Shown here: in pieces, positions 9,163-18,696 of the stretch
How positions within the stretch are numbered: position 1 is the first letter of the stretch
Layout of the letters: every line of letters starts with the position of its first letter
Assembly (NCBI GenBank): GCA_964437865.1
Contig: CAYTJG010000002.1
Location: 1 to 62,463 of the forward strand
From: an uncultured Bifidobacteriaceae bacterium
Lineage (GTDB): Bacteria > Verrucomicrobiota > Verrucomicrobiia > Limisphaerales > UBA11358
Direction: 5' to 3'
Length of the DNA stretch: 62,463 nt
Translations under genes and position numbers: made by a program
Notes under the pieces: generated by a model
Databases searched by the model: none
Seen by the model: the letters and a program-made list of their open reading frames with translations, nothing else
What the model was told of the DNA's origin: nothing

Positions 9163-12100
9163 TCATTGTTGCAGGCGGAAGAAGCCACCGCCGCCCGCAT
9201 GGTTCGGTACCGCGGTGGTCCAGCGATTCCCGAGTAACAAAGGAACGTTTGTAACGAACGTCCAATTGGAGGTCAGATCGGAGGTAAAGCAGGGGGTGAA
9301 AGCTCCCAGGTTGGTCGGCCAGGATATGGTAAGCTCGTTGGTTGAGGCCTTGATGGATAACGGCGGCGGAACCACCGAAAAGGGGTTCGCCGGTGTGTAC
9401 GGCGTGGTCAGATTATAATCCAGCCAGGCGAAAAGCGGATTGTTGGCTCCGGAATTGACGTAGTTGTATCCATGGTAGGCGTAGTTGCCGATGAGCTCAG
9501 ATGCCTTGCCCGGGAGGCCGGCGGCCACGCCGAACGCCACGTGGTACGGCGGGAAATTGCTGGCGCCATTGTAAGTAATGTACGCGCCGTTATTAATGAG
9601 GTGCAGCACGCCGCCGTTTACACAACTGCCCGCGTAGGCATGATCGAGCATGTGGACGGAATCGAGGCCGATGTCCCCGCCGCCGAGGTTGAAATCGTAA
9701 GGCCCTAAGGCGGGCAGTCCGCCAAAGCCGAACAGGGCGGAGTTGAACCAGCGCGCCGTGCCCTCAAATCCGCCGCTGGTGACGATGCCCACGGCGTTGC
9801 TTTGCAGGTCGGGATAGTCGGCGAAAATGGCGAGCGTGGAATTGACAGTATTGAAATTGCCCGCGCTGGCGGCATCAAAGCGAAAACCTTCCAGGGTTTC
9901 GTCGCACATGGTGCCGATGCCGGTGACGTTTGGACCCAGACCATTTTCGGAAACGTTGTGCACGAAGGTATGGGAAGGAATCACAAAATCCTTTACCAAC
10001 AGCTCCGTGCAATTACCGAGCACATACATTTGCAAATTGTGTTCCGCAAAAGCGAGTACGTTGGGCCGGGCGCCAGTCCCCAGATCGCTGGCGGAATCGT
10101 AGTTATCCCACCAGTAGGTCCAGTTGCCCTGGCAATCCACAATCGACCCGGAAGATCCATTGCCCACGACATAGCCACGATTCAATGCCCAGCCATCCAC
10201 CATGTAGAGCAAATGGTTCGGGCAGGAGTAAGTATCCAGGTCGACGTAAAAATAGGGGTTCGGGCAAACCACCCCGATGGCGTAGACATTGCCGCCGCGG
10301 CCTTGAATGGTGGGCGGGTAGGGGATGCAATTGCTGTTTTGCGCCTCGTAGCTGATGGTGAGGCCAACCAACCCGCTGTTGGCTTCCAGGGCGAGGGCGA
10401 CCGGCCCGTTGGTGGCGCCCTGGCCGCCGTAGGGTTGCAGCACTGCGCCTTTGGCCACGCCGTCCGGACCGGGCCAGGTGCGATGCCGCATTTCGTAGGG
10501 CCCGCGCAATTCCACGCCGGCCGGCACGTCCAAGGTATTCGTGAATTTGTATTTTCCGCCGGGCAGGTAGACGATGCCGCCGCCGTTCGTGCCGGCGGCC
10601 GCGAGCGCGTTTTGAAGGGCCACGGTGTCGTCGCTGCTGCCATTACCCGTGGCCCCAAAATTCGTCACCAGAAACAAATTTGTCCGGGCTGGCTGGCGCG
10701 ACCCATAGTCGGCCATCACGCTGATCCATTCAACCATCGGCAAGGGATTGGCGATGGCCCGGCGGCCATCCACCAGGAGTTGGTTCGAACTGCCCGCGTT
10801 GATGAGGAGCGGCGCGGGATGGAAGGCACAACCGGTGAAACCGGCGCGGGTGGCACTGGCGCTCAACACGCATTGCGTGGTGCCGAGCAGCGTGGAATCC
10901 ACCACATTGAACACTCCCGGGCCGGCCAACCGCAGGGTGTTGGATATCGTGCAGTCCTGGAATTGCATCCAATTTACCCAGTCCAGCCCGGTGGAATAAA
11001 CTGCCGTGCCGCTCCGTCCAATCAACTCGCAGTGGTCAAGTTGGAGGTTGGCGTCGCCGGTCGTATTCGTTCGCGTGACCGCAATATCGCCGTCCAAAGT
11101 GAAGCGCGTGAATTGTAATCCGCTTTGCCCGGACATTGCCTGCGCCAGCAATGCGGTGGCACAATTGCTGACGGCACCGCCGTAAAAGGTGGCGCCCGGC
11201 ACGCCATTGGTGCTCTGGCTGGCTTCGATGCCGATTTGGTAGCCGCTGAGATTGACATCGATGCAAATCTCGCCATCGACCCGGCGCAGGCGCAGGCCTT
11301 CGCCGTTCGTTCGCATCCACGCGGCATAGGCGCCGCCAGCGGTGGGCGCATTACTCAGTCCCGACCCGGCCCAGACAGCCGGCGAGAAGCGGATGTCCTC
11401 CAAGTGGCTGATGTCGGCAATCATATCCAAATCAATTCCCAGGCGCAGCGGTGTGCCGATGACTGTGGAGAGAATATGCTTGGCTCCCGCCGTGGGCGGG
11501 GCCACTTGGATGCCTTGGTAGGAATTGACGAGCACGACGTTTTGCACGACGCAATCGCCGTAGAGCCCAATGGTAAACGGGTAGGCGATGAGCTCGTTTG
11601 GGTTTTGATCGGGATACCACAGGTTGACGTCGCGCAAGGCCGTGGAGCCGTTCAAGAAAATGAACGGCGTTGCGTTGGACTGGCCGGCGCCACCATGGAT
11701 TTTGAAGGTGGTGCCCACCAAGCCGTTGCTGCCTTTCGTCCAATCCTGCCAATCGCCATGCAAGGTCACGCCGGCGGGAATCGTCAGATTCGTATAAAAG
11801 GCATAGTTGCCAGCGGGCACATAAACCACGCCGCCGCCAAAGCCGCCGGCCTGGTAAACCGCGTTCATTGCGTTTTGAAATGCGGCGCTATCGTCGGTGA
11901 TGCCGTCGCCCACCGCGCCGTACTGTTGCGGCGTGGTGGCGGCCACGACGATTTCATTGGGGTTCAGCGACGGGATGAAGACTCTCGGCCACGGGCCGGG
12001 CGGGATATGGCTGGCGGTGATGGTGGTGGCACCAGGATTGAGATTGTTGTAATCCACCAGCACCGTGCCCGCGCCGCCGTAAGCAGTGATTTGGCCGCCG

Positions 12101-12753
12101 GCAACGAAGTTGTTCACGGCGCTTGCGAAATCTCCCGCAATGATGACGGTGCCGCCGGCCACGTCGAACGTGGAGCCCGCGCCGAGGGATTGAGTCGGCT
12201 GAAATTGCCGCAGATTCAAAACGCCGCCATTGACATGAACGTGCCCAACGCCGCCGTTCCAGCCTTCGCCGAACATGCCGGAGACCAGGATCGTGCCGCC
12301 ATTCAACGTCAAATTGCCGGTGGCACCGGAATTAAGTCCAATCCATAAATGACTGGGAAAGGTCGCGGTGCCGCCGTTTTCCACATCCAGCGAGCCATTG
12401 CCGCCATAGCCGATGGCACAGTACTCAAAAGCGGGCGCGAGTTTGCCGCCATTCGTGACGATCAGATGACCGGCGCTGCCCGCGGCGTCGGCCACATTCA
12501 TGCGCTCACAAACCGCGGTGTCGGCGGTAGCATCCACGACGCAGGCATTAATCGATGACACGTTGGCGAAGGTATTGGTGTCCGGGATGAGGCCCGTGGT
12601 CCAGTTGGTGGGGTTGCTCCAGTTGCCGGGATTCGTGTCTGGGTTCCAAAGAGCGGCCACCGCCGCTTGGACTTGGATGGCCGGAATGACCAAAAAAAGA
12701 GCGCCCAAGGTGACCAGCACCTTAAACGGGGATTGCATTTTGATCATGGGCAT
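9163..12753 (-). CDS. Large secreted protein with two tandem pectate-lyase-3/tailspike-like beta-helix modules (GH55-like architecture)
   Basis: It has a signal peptide and two copies of the module-start motif: QQYGAVGDGITDDSAAFQNAMNAVYQAGG..VVYVPAGNYAF and TNFGATGNGSSDDTVALQNALAAAGTNGGGIVYLPGGKYKF. There is a Gly/Asn/Thr-rich N-terminal extension, and the protein ends in FFRLQQ. Confidence 0.7.
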   Translation of the reverse strand: MPMIKMQSPFKVLVTLGALFLVIPAIQVQAAVAALWNPDTNPGNWSNPTNWTTGLIPDTNTFANVSSINACVVDATADTAVCERMNVADAAGSAGHLIVTNGGKLAPAFEYCAIGYGGNGSLDVENGGTATFPSHLWIGLNSGATGNLTLNGGTILVSGMFGEGWNGGVGHVHVNGGVLNLRQFQPTQSLGAGSTFDVAGGTVIIAGDFASAVNNFVAGGQITAYGGAGTVLVDYNNLNPGATTITASHIPPGPWPRVFIPSLNPNEIVVAATTPQQYGAVGDGITDDSAAFQNAMNAVYQAGGFGGGVVYVPAGNYAFYTNLTIPAGVTLHGDWQDWTKGSNGLVGTTFKIHGGAGQSNATPFIFLNGSTALRDVNLWYPDQNPNELIAYPFTIGLYGDCVVQNVVLVNSYQGIQVAPPTAGAKHILSTVIGTPLRLGIDLDMIADISHLEDIRFSPAVWAGSGLSNAPTAGGAYAAWMRTNGEGLRLRRVDGEICIDVNLSGYQIGIEASQSTNGVPGATFYGGAVSNCATALLAQAMSGQSGLQFTRFTLDGDIAVTRTNTTGDANLQLDHCELIGRSGTAVYSTGLDWVNWMQFQDCTISNTLRLAGPGVFNVVDSTLLGTTQCVLSASATRAGFTGCAFHPAPLLINAGSSNQLLVDGRRAIANPLPMVEWISVMADYGSRQPARTNLFLVTNFGATGNGSSDDTVALQNALAAAGTNGGGIVYLPGGKYKFTNTLDVPAGVELRGPYEMRHRTWPGPDGVAKGAVLQPYGGQGATNGPVALALEANSGLVGLTISYEAQNSNCIPYPPTIQGRGGNVYAIGVVCPNPYFYVDLDTYSCPNHLLYMVDGWALNRGYVVGNGSSGSIVDCQGNWTYWWDNYDSASDLGTGARPNVLAFAEHNLQMYVLGNCTELLVKDFVIPSHTFVHNVSENGLGPNVTGIGTMCDETLEGFRFDAASAGNFNTVNSTLAIFADYPDLQSNAVGIVTSGGFEGTARWFNSALFGFGGLPALGPYDFNLGGGDIGLDSVHMLDHAYAGSCVNGGVLHLINNGAYITYNGASNFPPYHVAFGVAAGLPGKASELIGNYAYHGYNYVNSGANNPLFAWLDYNLTTPYTPANPFSVVPPPLSIKASTNELTISWPTNLGAFTPCFTSDLTSNWTFVTNVPLLLGNRWTTAVPNHAGGGGFFRLQQ

Positions 12754-13180
12754 CTTTGCGGGCGCGCGGCAGCGTCATGGCTGCGGGGTCCCAACGCTTG
12801 ATTCGTCGGCCCTTTTACTTTGGCGGAGCCTGGCCACGGGGTCGTGGCTCACTCCGCCTAAAATAGCATGCCCTGCCACCAAGCATGAACAATATTGGAA
12901 CGCTTTGAAGACGCAGGCGGTATCCCCGATTTCGGGGAAGTTGGCGGTCGGGGTCCCGGCGGTTCAGTTCAAGGCGTTTGGATGAGGTAAAACGTATGGC
13001 GGACGCTGCGATTCACGGAGTAGGTGATGGTGTTGACGGCGTTTCCACTGGTGTTGAAAACATTGGTGGCAATGAGGTCCACTGGCTGCGTGGCAGGGCG
13101 CGGCTTTGCGAGCGCGCCTGCGAATCAACGTGTGCAAGTTCACCCAACGCACCGCCCTGACATCATGCTCCGCCCCAAAC

Positions 13181-15625
13181 TCATAAATGTTGGTCCCAGA
13201 ATATACTCACCGCTTCACCTAGAGCGGCGGCATGGCGGACGCGTAGGAATCTCCACCAGGGGGGAAACAAACGGCGATAACGCGCTTCGCCGAAGCGGGA
13301 ATCAACCAGTAAAACCACACCGCGATCCGTATCTGACCGGATGACCCGGCCCACGGCTTGAAGCACGCGGTTCATGCCGGGAAAAGTGTAAGCGTAATCA
13401 AAGCCGGCGGCATTCTGCTGCTGGAAATAATCACGGATCAGATCACGTTCCACACACAGTTGCGGCAGTCCCACCCCGACGATGACGGCACCGATCAGAC
13501 GCTCGCCGACCAGGTCAATCCCTTCGCCGAAAATCCCGCCCAGCACGGCGAAGCCGACGAGCGTTTCACCATGCTCGCTTGAAAAGGCAGCCAGGAACGC
13601 ATCGCGTTCCAGTTCAGCCATGCCGGGACGCTGGATCAGTACCGTCACCGACGGGTGGCGTACCTGAAATGCCCGGAGCGTGTCGTGGAGGTATTGATAC
13701 GACGGAAAATAAACCAGGTAGTTTCCACGCCGGCCTTGCACCAAGGTCCCAATCGCCTCCACCACTTCGCCGAGCGAATCTGCCCGGCCCTTAAAATTTG
13801 TCTGAATCCGGTCCTGAACCAGCACGGCCAGGTTTTCAGGCGGGAATGGCGACGATAATTGCAGCACGGGGTCTTCCGGTGCACCGCCCAGGAGAGTTCG
13901 ATAGTAATCCATCGGCGTGAGGGTGGCGGAAAAGAAGATGGCGGATTGGCCGCGAGCCAGCGCCTTCCGAAGCAATAAGGAAGGATCCAAACAAAAAAGA
14001 CGCACCTTCATTGCCGGGGTGCTTTCGATGAGGGTCACAAATCGCTCATCGTAGACCTCGGCAGTGCGCCTGAAAGAGTGCAGTTGAAAATAGAGCGAAA
14101 GCAGGGCTTCGCGAAACCCGGCCGGCTGATTTTTAACCAGCCAGATCTCTGCCTCGTCGAGAGCGGTTTCGAGTGGCTCGATTAAACTATCCGGGAATTC
14201 GGGGCTGGTGCTGACCCCGTCTGCTTCATTCCGGATGGTTGCGGCTTTCGTTGGAAACAAATTGAGTTCAACCGACGGATCTGACGCTTCGGCAGATTCG
14301 TCGCTGGATCGGGCAGAAGTTCCGAGCCTCCGCATGGCGGTGTGCAATTGGGTCAGCGCTTTGGCACAGCGGGGCACCGCTGGTTTGATGGCCCGCTTTA
14401 CTTCGAGAATCTCCCTTCCATCCAATTCGGCGGAAAACATTTCGCGCGCCCGGTCCACGAGGTTATGCGCTTCATCCACGAGGAAGGCATACGCACCGCC
14501 GTCGTCTTCGAAGTGCTGCCGCAGATAAACCTGCGGATCAAAAATGTAATTGTAATCGCAGACCACGGCATCGGTCCACACGGAGACGTCCAACGAAAGC
14601 TCGTATGGACAGACCTGATGTTTCTGCCCCAGGGCTTCGAGGACCGGGCGTGTGATTTCTTCCTGTGCCAACGCCTCGCGAACCGCCGGCCTGAGGCGGT
14701 CGTAATATCCCCGTGCCAGCGGGCAAGTCATGGGATCGCAAGGGTGGCCATTGCGAACGCACACTTTTTCTTTGGCGGTAAGGGTCACAGCGCGCAGTTT
14801 CAAACCAACCCGGCGCAAATCTGCCAGCGCCTTCTCAGCGATGGCGCGTCCGACCGTGCGCGCCGTCAAATAATAAATGCGCTCGATTTTTCCCCCACCC
14901 AGCGCTTTGACGGCCGGAAACAGCACCGAAATGGTTTTCCCGATGCCGGTGGGAGCAGCGAGAAACAGCCGGCCACCATTGGCCAGCACGCGATAGGCGG
15001 CCACGGCCAGCTCGCGCTGGCCTGGGCGATACGCCGGGAACGGAAAAGCCAGCGTGGTAATGGAGGCGTTGCGGGCAAGGCACCAGTGATGCCGCTCACG
15101 CAACCAATCAACATATACAGCGGTGGTCGTGGCAAAGAAATCGGATAGCTCGGTGAACGCAATGGTCTGGCGAAACTCGGTCACTTGGCCAGCCGGTAGT
15201 TCCAGGTATACGAGTTGGACAACGAGACCGGCCAAGGAGTGTTCCTGGGCATGAATGAAGGCGTAGAATTTTGCCTGCGCCCAGTGTAGTGGATCGGCCT
15301 GGTGATCCCACGTTCCCTGGACGGTTTTGATTTCCTCCAGCAACACTTGTTGGGAGGTAACAAGTAAACCGTCAATCCGGCCCCGGATGAGAAGCGTGAA
15401 TTCCTCCGTTTCCACCTGGTATTCCAGGGGCAGCTCGGTCAGATAACCCGTTGGGCGCGAGCGCTGGATTTTCTGGTGGCCACGAATTCCAGCGAGGGCC
15501 CGGTCGGAGCTGACGAACTCGCGCGCGCCGCCGAGATCGCCCTGCCGAAGGACAAACTCGACCAAGTCGCGCACCGAAATCCGGTGTACTGGTTTTGATG
15601 CGGGGAAACTCACGGATGGTTCCAA
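13181..15625 (-). CDS. DinG/XPD(Rad3)-family Fe-S DNA helicase with an N-terminal PD-(D/E)XK (RecB/Cas4-like) nuclease domain
   Basis: The nuclease motifs are GRIDGLL, LEEIKT and QAKFYAF. Walker A is AAPTGIGKT and the DEAH box is LVDEAHNL. A four-Cys cluster (CVRNGHPC..MTC...VCPYE) lies between Walker A and DEAH. Confidence 0.8.
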   Translation of the reverse strand: MEPSVSFPASKPVHRISVRDLVEFVLRQGDLGGAREFVSSDRALAGIRGHQKIQRSRPTGYLTELPLEYQVETEEFTLLIRGRIDGLLVTSQQVLLEEIKTVQGTWDHQADPLHWAQAKFYAFIHAQEHSLAGLVVQLVYLELPAGQVTEFRQTIAFTELSDFFATTTAVYVDWLRERHHWCLARNASITTLAFPFPAYRPGQRELAVAAYRVLANGGRLFLAAPTGIGKTISVLFPAVKALGGGKIERIYYLTARTVGRAIAEKALADLRRVGLKLRAVTLTAKEKVCVRNGHPCDPMTCPLARGYYDRLRPAVREALAQEEITRPVLEALGQKHQVCPYELSLDVSVWTDAVVCDYNYIFDPQVYLRQHFEDDGGAYAFLVDEAHNLVDRAREMFSAELDGREILEVKRAIKPAVPRCAKALTQLHTAMRRLGTSARSSDESAEASDPSVELNLFPTKAATIRNEADGVSTSPEFPDSLIEPLETALDEAEIWLVKNQPAGFREALLSLYFQLHSFRRTAEVYDERFVTLIESTPAMKVRLFCLDPSLLLRKALARGQSAIFFSATLTPMDYYRTLLGGAPEDPVLQLSSPFPPENLAVLVQDRIQTNFKGRADSLGEVVEAIGTLVQGRRGNYLVYFPSYQYLHDTLRAFQVRHPSVTVLIQRPGMAELERDAFLAAFSSEHGETLVGFAVLGGIFGEGIDLVGERLIGAVIVGVGLPQLCVERDLIRDYFQQQNAAGFDYAYTFPGMNRVLQAVGRVIRSDTDRGVVLLVDSRFGEARYRRLFPPWWRFLRVRHAAALGEAVSIFWDQHL

Positions 15626-15859
15626 TGCTCGCTAGTCTTTAACCGCCAGCCCGGCAAGAGACTAAAGTGGACCTCGGGCCGCGTCAACGCCGGCTCAAAC
15701 ATCCCGGGGGCCAAGGATCATTGGCCGAGCCGGAGAGCGCCAACGGCTTTGCCACCTCGACAGATGAGAAAAATGGCGGTCAAATTCAACCCTAACCGGA
15801 GTGGTTATTGAGAAGGGAGCCAATCCAGGGCAGCCCCCTGGGCCGACCGGTCGGCTGGA

Positions 15860-16753
15860 TTAGAATTTATAGCCGATGCCGGTCACGAGCCGGACGTCAT
15901 TCTTTTGGTGATCGGCCGCGGGTTGATTGTTGAAATTGTCATCCAAAACCGCCTTCAAAGTGAAGGACCCGATCAGTTTGGTTTCAGCGCCGAGTTCAAA
16001 ATTGATCAGATAATTGTCCCAGCGATCGACTTGGGGCAGAAATTCCACCGTCTGCCAAATGCGGGTGGAGTCGTCTATTTTGTACTCAAATTTGTCGGCG
16101 AACCGCAGGGTGGCAAATGAATCGGAACCGTTTTCCTCGGACTGTATCTCATAATTGACGCCGCCCCCGAGCGCGAACGAGAGGTTGGTGTTTTTTAGCA
16201 GGTAATACCCCACGCCCGGCCCAAGGATAAACCGGTAGTCGACATCGGCGATGTAATCCCGCAAGGCTTCGGTGCGGGTGTAACCGTAGAATCGATCGCT
16301 GAAGAGGTGGTTCCATTGAAAAATTCCTTTGTCGTTGTCGGCCGTTTGTTTTGAATTCTGCTCTCCATAGGCCAGACTGGCTTCGCCGGAATATTCGTTG
16401 TCGGGCGTTTTTCTGGTGGTGGTGTAATCTGCGGAAACCAGGGTGGTATCTGTGTTACCCCGGGCGAGCGTCAGCCCGGCGGAGATGGAATTATTCCAGG
16501 GATATTTTATGGCCTGGTGTGCCAGCGGCGGCGTCACCGGCTTGGAGGAGGTGGCCGGCGGTGGATGGGCTGGGGGCGAGGTGGGTGCGGCCGGCGGTGG
16601 GGCGGCGGCCGTGGTGTTGGTGACCGTCACCACGTTGGTAATGGTCACCGTGACGTAGTTGGTGACGGTGATGAAGTTGGTTTGGGCGGAGCAAATCCCG
16701 GCGAGGGGTCCCAGGACAAGGGCGGAGGCGATGAATATTCTACTGGCGCTCAT
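15860..16753 (-). CDS. DUF481-family (YdiY-like) outer-membrane beta-barrel protein
   Basis: It has a signal peptide, the motif ARGNTDTTL, alternating beta-strand sequence and a terminal aromatic (IGYKF). The N-terminus carries VTVTN-type repeats followed by a Pro-rich linker. Confidence 0.7.
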   Translation of the reverse strand: MSASRIFIASALVLGPLAGICSAQTNFITVTNYVTVTITNVVTVTNTTAAAPPPAAPTSPPAHPPPATSSKPVTPPLAHQAIKYPWNNSISAGLTLARGNTDTTLVSADYTTTRKTPDNEYSGEASLAYGEQNSKQTADNDKGIFQWNHLFSDRFYGYTRTEALRDYIADVDYRFILGPGVGYYLLKNTNLSFALGGGVNYEIQSEENGSDSFATLRFADKFEYKIDDSTRIWQTVEFLPQVDRWDNYLINFELGAETKLIGSFTLKAVLDDNFNNQPAADHQKNDVRLVTGIGYKF

Positions 16754-17208
16754 GGGTCGGATGTTTGCGGCGATTGCCCGTTTGGCGGGTTGTTCATGGT
16801 CTTAATTGCTTGGTCGGAAAGGTGCGGCGGGCGAGGCTTGCCCGACAGCCGGTTGAATGATCCAAAGAACGAGTGGTGACCGCACCCGGCCGGCATGATT
16901 TTCAAAGGAATCAGCGATTCCGCCGGCCCAGCCTGCAATTTTTCTTATGCCGGCCCGCCAACCATTACCGGGGCAGGGGATGAATATTGCGAAGAACTTT
17001 AAAAATTCTCCGTTTCCGGGGATGGTGGATAATTGCAACCACGACGAGACCGTCATTTTCCATCGACGGGTGTTTTCGGTCGTCCGGAAAGCGCGGCCTC
17101 CTCAAGCTTGGCGGCAAACCCCGGTTCGCCGCCCCGCGACCGGGGCGGTCCTCTGGCGAGGCTGGCCGACTAAGCTTTCATCCCAAGCCTCCGCCTGTTC
17201 AGCCCGCC

Positions 17209-18696
17209 TCACTTCGCTGGTGCCGCCGCCCCCTCGGCTTCCCCGAGCACCCAGCCGCCGCCCAAGGCCTTGTAGAGCTGCACGACGGCCAGCCGGCGGC
17301 TCGCTTCCAGATGCGCCAGGTTGTTCTCGGCGGGATACAACTCCTGCTGCGCTTCGAGCACTTCAAAGTAGCTCGCCTTGCCCGCCCGATAACGATCCGT
17401 GGCCACTACCACGGCGTCGCGGCCCGCCGCCACCGCCTCGGCCTGTTGCCCGCACGATTCCTCGACCTTGCGTCGCGTGATGAGCGCATCCGCCACTTCG
17501 CCGAAGGCGTTGAGGGCGGTCTGCTGGTAATGCAGCTTCGCCGCTTCGCCGGCGGCCTTGGCCTGGTGATAGCGCCCCGTCAGACGGCCACCGGTGAAGA
17601 CCGGCCCGGCTGCCGCTGCCGCCAGCGACCAGGTATTCCCACCCGTGGATACAAGCTGGTCCAGATCCACACTGGTCCCGCCGTAGAACGTCGTCAGGCC
17701 GAGGCGCGGAAAGAAGTCGCCGATGGCCACGCCGATCTGCGCGTTGGCGGCGCGGACCTGTTGCTCGGCCACGCGGATGTCCGGCCGGCGCTCCAGCAGC
17801 GTGGAGGGCAGCCCCACGGGAATCGACACCGGCAATTCCTGTTGCTCCAGCGTGGCGGTGCGGGGCACGGGACCGGGATTGCGTCCCAGCAGGGCGTTGA
17901 TTTCATTTTCCTTGAGCGCGATCTGGCGTTCCAGATCCGGGATGGTGGCGGAAACGGTGTGCAGCGCGACCTTGGCGCGCGCGAGTTCCAGCTTGGAGGC
18001 CAGTCCGTTGGCATGCTGGTCGTCAAACAGTTGGAACGTGTGCCGGTAAGATTCCTCGGTGCGCCGGGCGATGGCCAGCTTCTCATCCAACTCGAGCAAT
18101 TCAAAATAGGCGCCGGCCACCCCGCTGACCAGCGAGACGCGAATCGACCGCTCCAGTTCCCGCGTGGCGGCGGCATTGGCGCGCGCCGCCTCGTTCAGCC
18201 GGCGAACGCGGCCCCACAGATCGATCTCCCACAGGGCCTGAAAACCACCCACGAAACCGTTCATGGTCTGGCCGCCGTTCAAATTGGGCAATTCCAGAAA
18301 CATGTTGCGGCCCCGGCTGGCCACGCCTTCGTAACTCACGTCCGGCAGGAACTGGGATTTGGCCTGCGCCTCCAGCGCGCGGGCCTCATCCACCCGGGCC
18401 AGCGCAATGCGCAGGTCAAAATTATTCGTCAAGGCCACGTGGGCCAGATCCTGCAGCGCGGGGTCCTTGAATACGCTCCACCACGGAAGCTCCGCCAGCG
18501 AATGGGAGGCCGCACTATTCGTGGCCTCGCGGTACGCCGCCGGCGCGGCGACGGTGGGCCGATGGTAGTCGGGTCCCACCGCGCACGCGCCCAGGGCCAG
18601 CAACCCCGCGCCGCCCAGCGCCACGCCAAGTCGAGACCAGCCCCGCCCGGCCGGGCGGAGTTTGCGCGCGAGCAACGGCCAGTTCAGGGGCTTCAC
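17209..18696 (-). CDS. Efflux outer-membrane factor lipoprotein (NodT/TolC family)
   Basis: It has the lipobox LLALGAC and two TolC-like repeats. I chose the GTG start, which overlaps the RND stop as GTGA. Confidence 0.85.
   Translation of the reverse strand: MKPLNWPLLARKLRPAGRGWSRLGVALGGAGLLALGACAVGPDYHRPTVAAPAAYREATNSAASHSLAELPWWSVFKDPALQDLAHVALTNNFDLRIALARVDEARALEAQAKSQFLPDVSYEGVASRGRNMFLELPNLNGGQTMNGFVGGFQALWEIDLWGRVRRLNEAARANAAATRELERSIRVSLVSGVAGAYFELLELDEKLAIARRTEESYRHTFQLFDDQHANGLASKLELARAKVALHTVSATIPDLERQIALKENEINALLGRNPGPVPRTATLEQQELPVSIPVGLPSTLLERRPDIRVAEQQVRAANAQIGVAIGDFFPRLGLTTFYGGTSVDLDQLVSTGGNTWSLAAAAAGPVFTGGRLTGRYHQAKAAGEAAKLHYQQTALNAFGEVADALITRRKVEESCGQQAEAVAAGRDAVVVATDRYRAGKASYFEVLEAQQELYPAENNLAHLEASRRLAVVQLYKALGGGWVLGEAEGAAAPAK

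Noticed and set aside
12969-13124. An open minus-strand frame ending ...NTITYSVNRSVRHTFYLIQTP*. It is vaguely reminiscent of the FFRLQQ-type C-terminal tail of the neighbouring giant protein, so it could be a possible gene remnant.
   Set aside because: It spans only about 52 codons between stops and has no ATG. The similarity is limited to a few residues.
16754-17208. A 455-nt gap between the DUF481 start and the OMF stop, with small ORFs on the supplied track (for example 16802..17056 and 16947..17480). I also considered a terminator at the hairpin CCGCCCCG-CGAC-CGGGGCGG near 17130.
   Set aside because: The ORFs have no family resemblance and overlap each other. The hairpin lacks a U-tract. 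Nothing beyond an ordinary promoter or terminator region can be supported.
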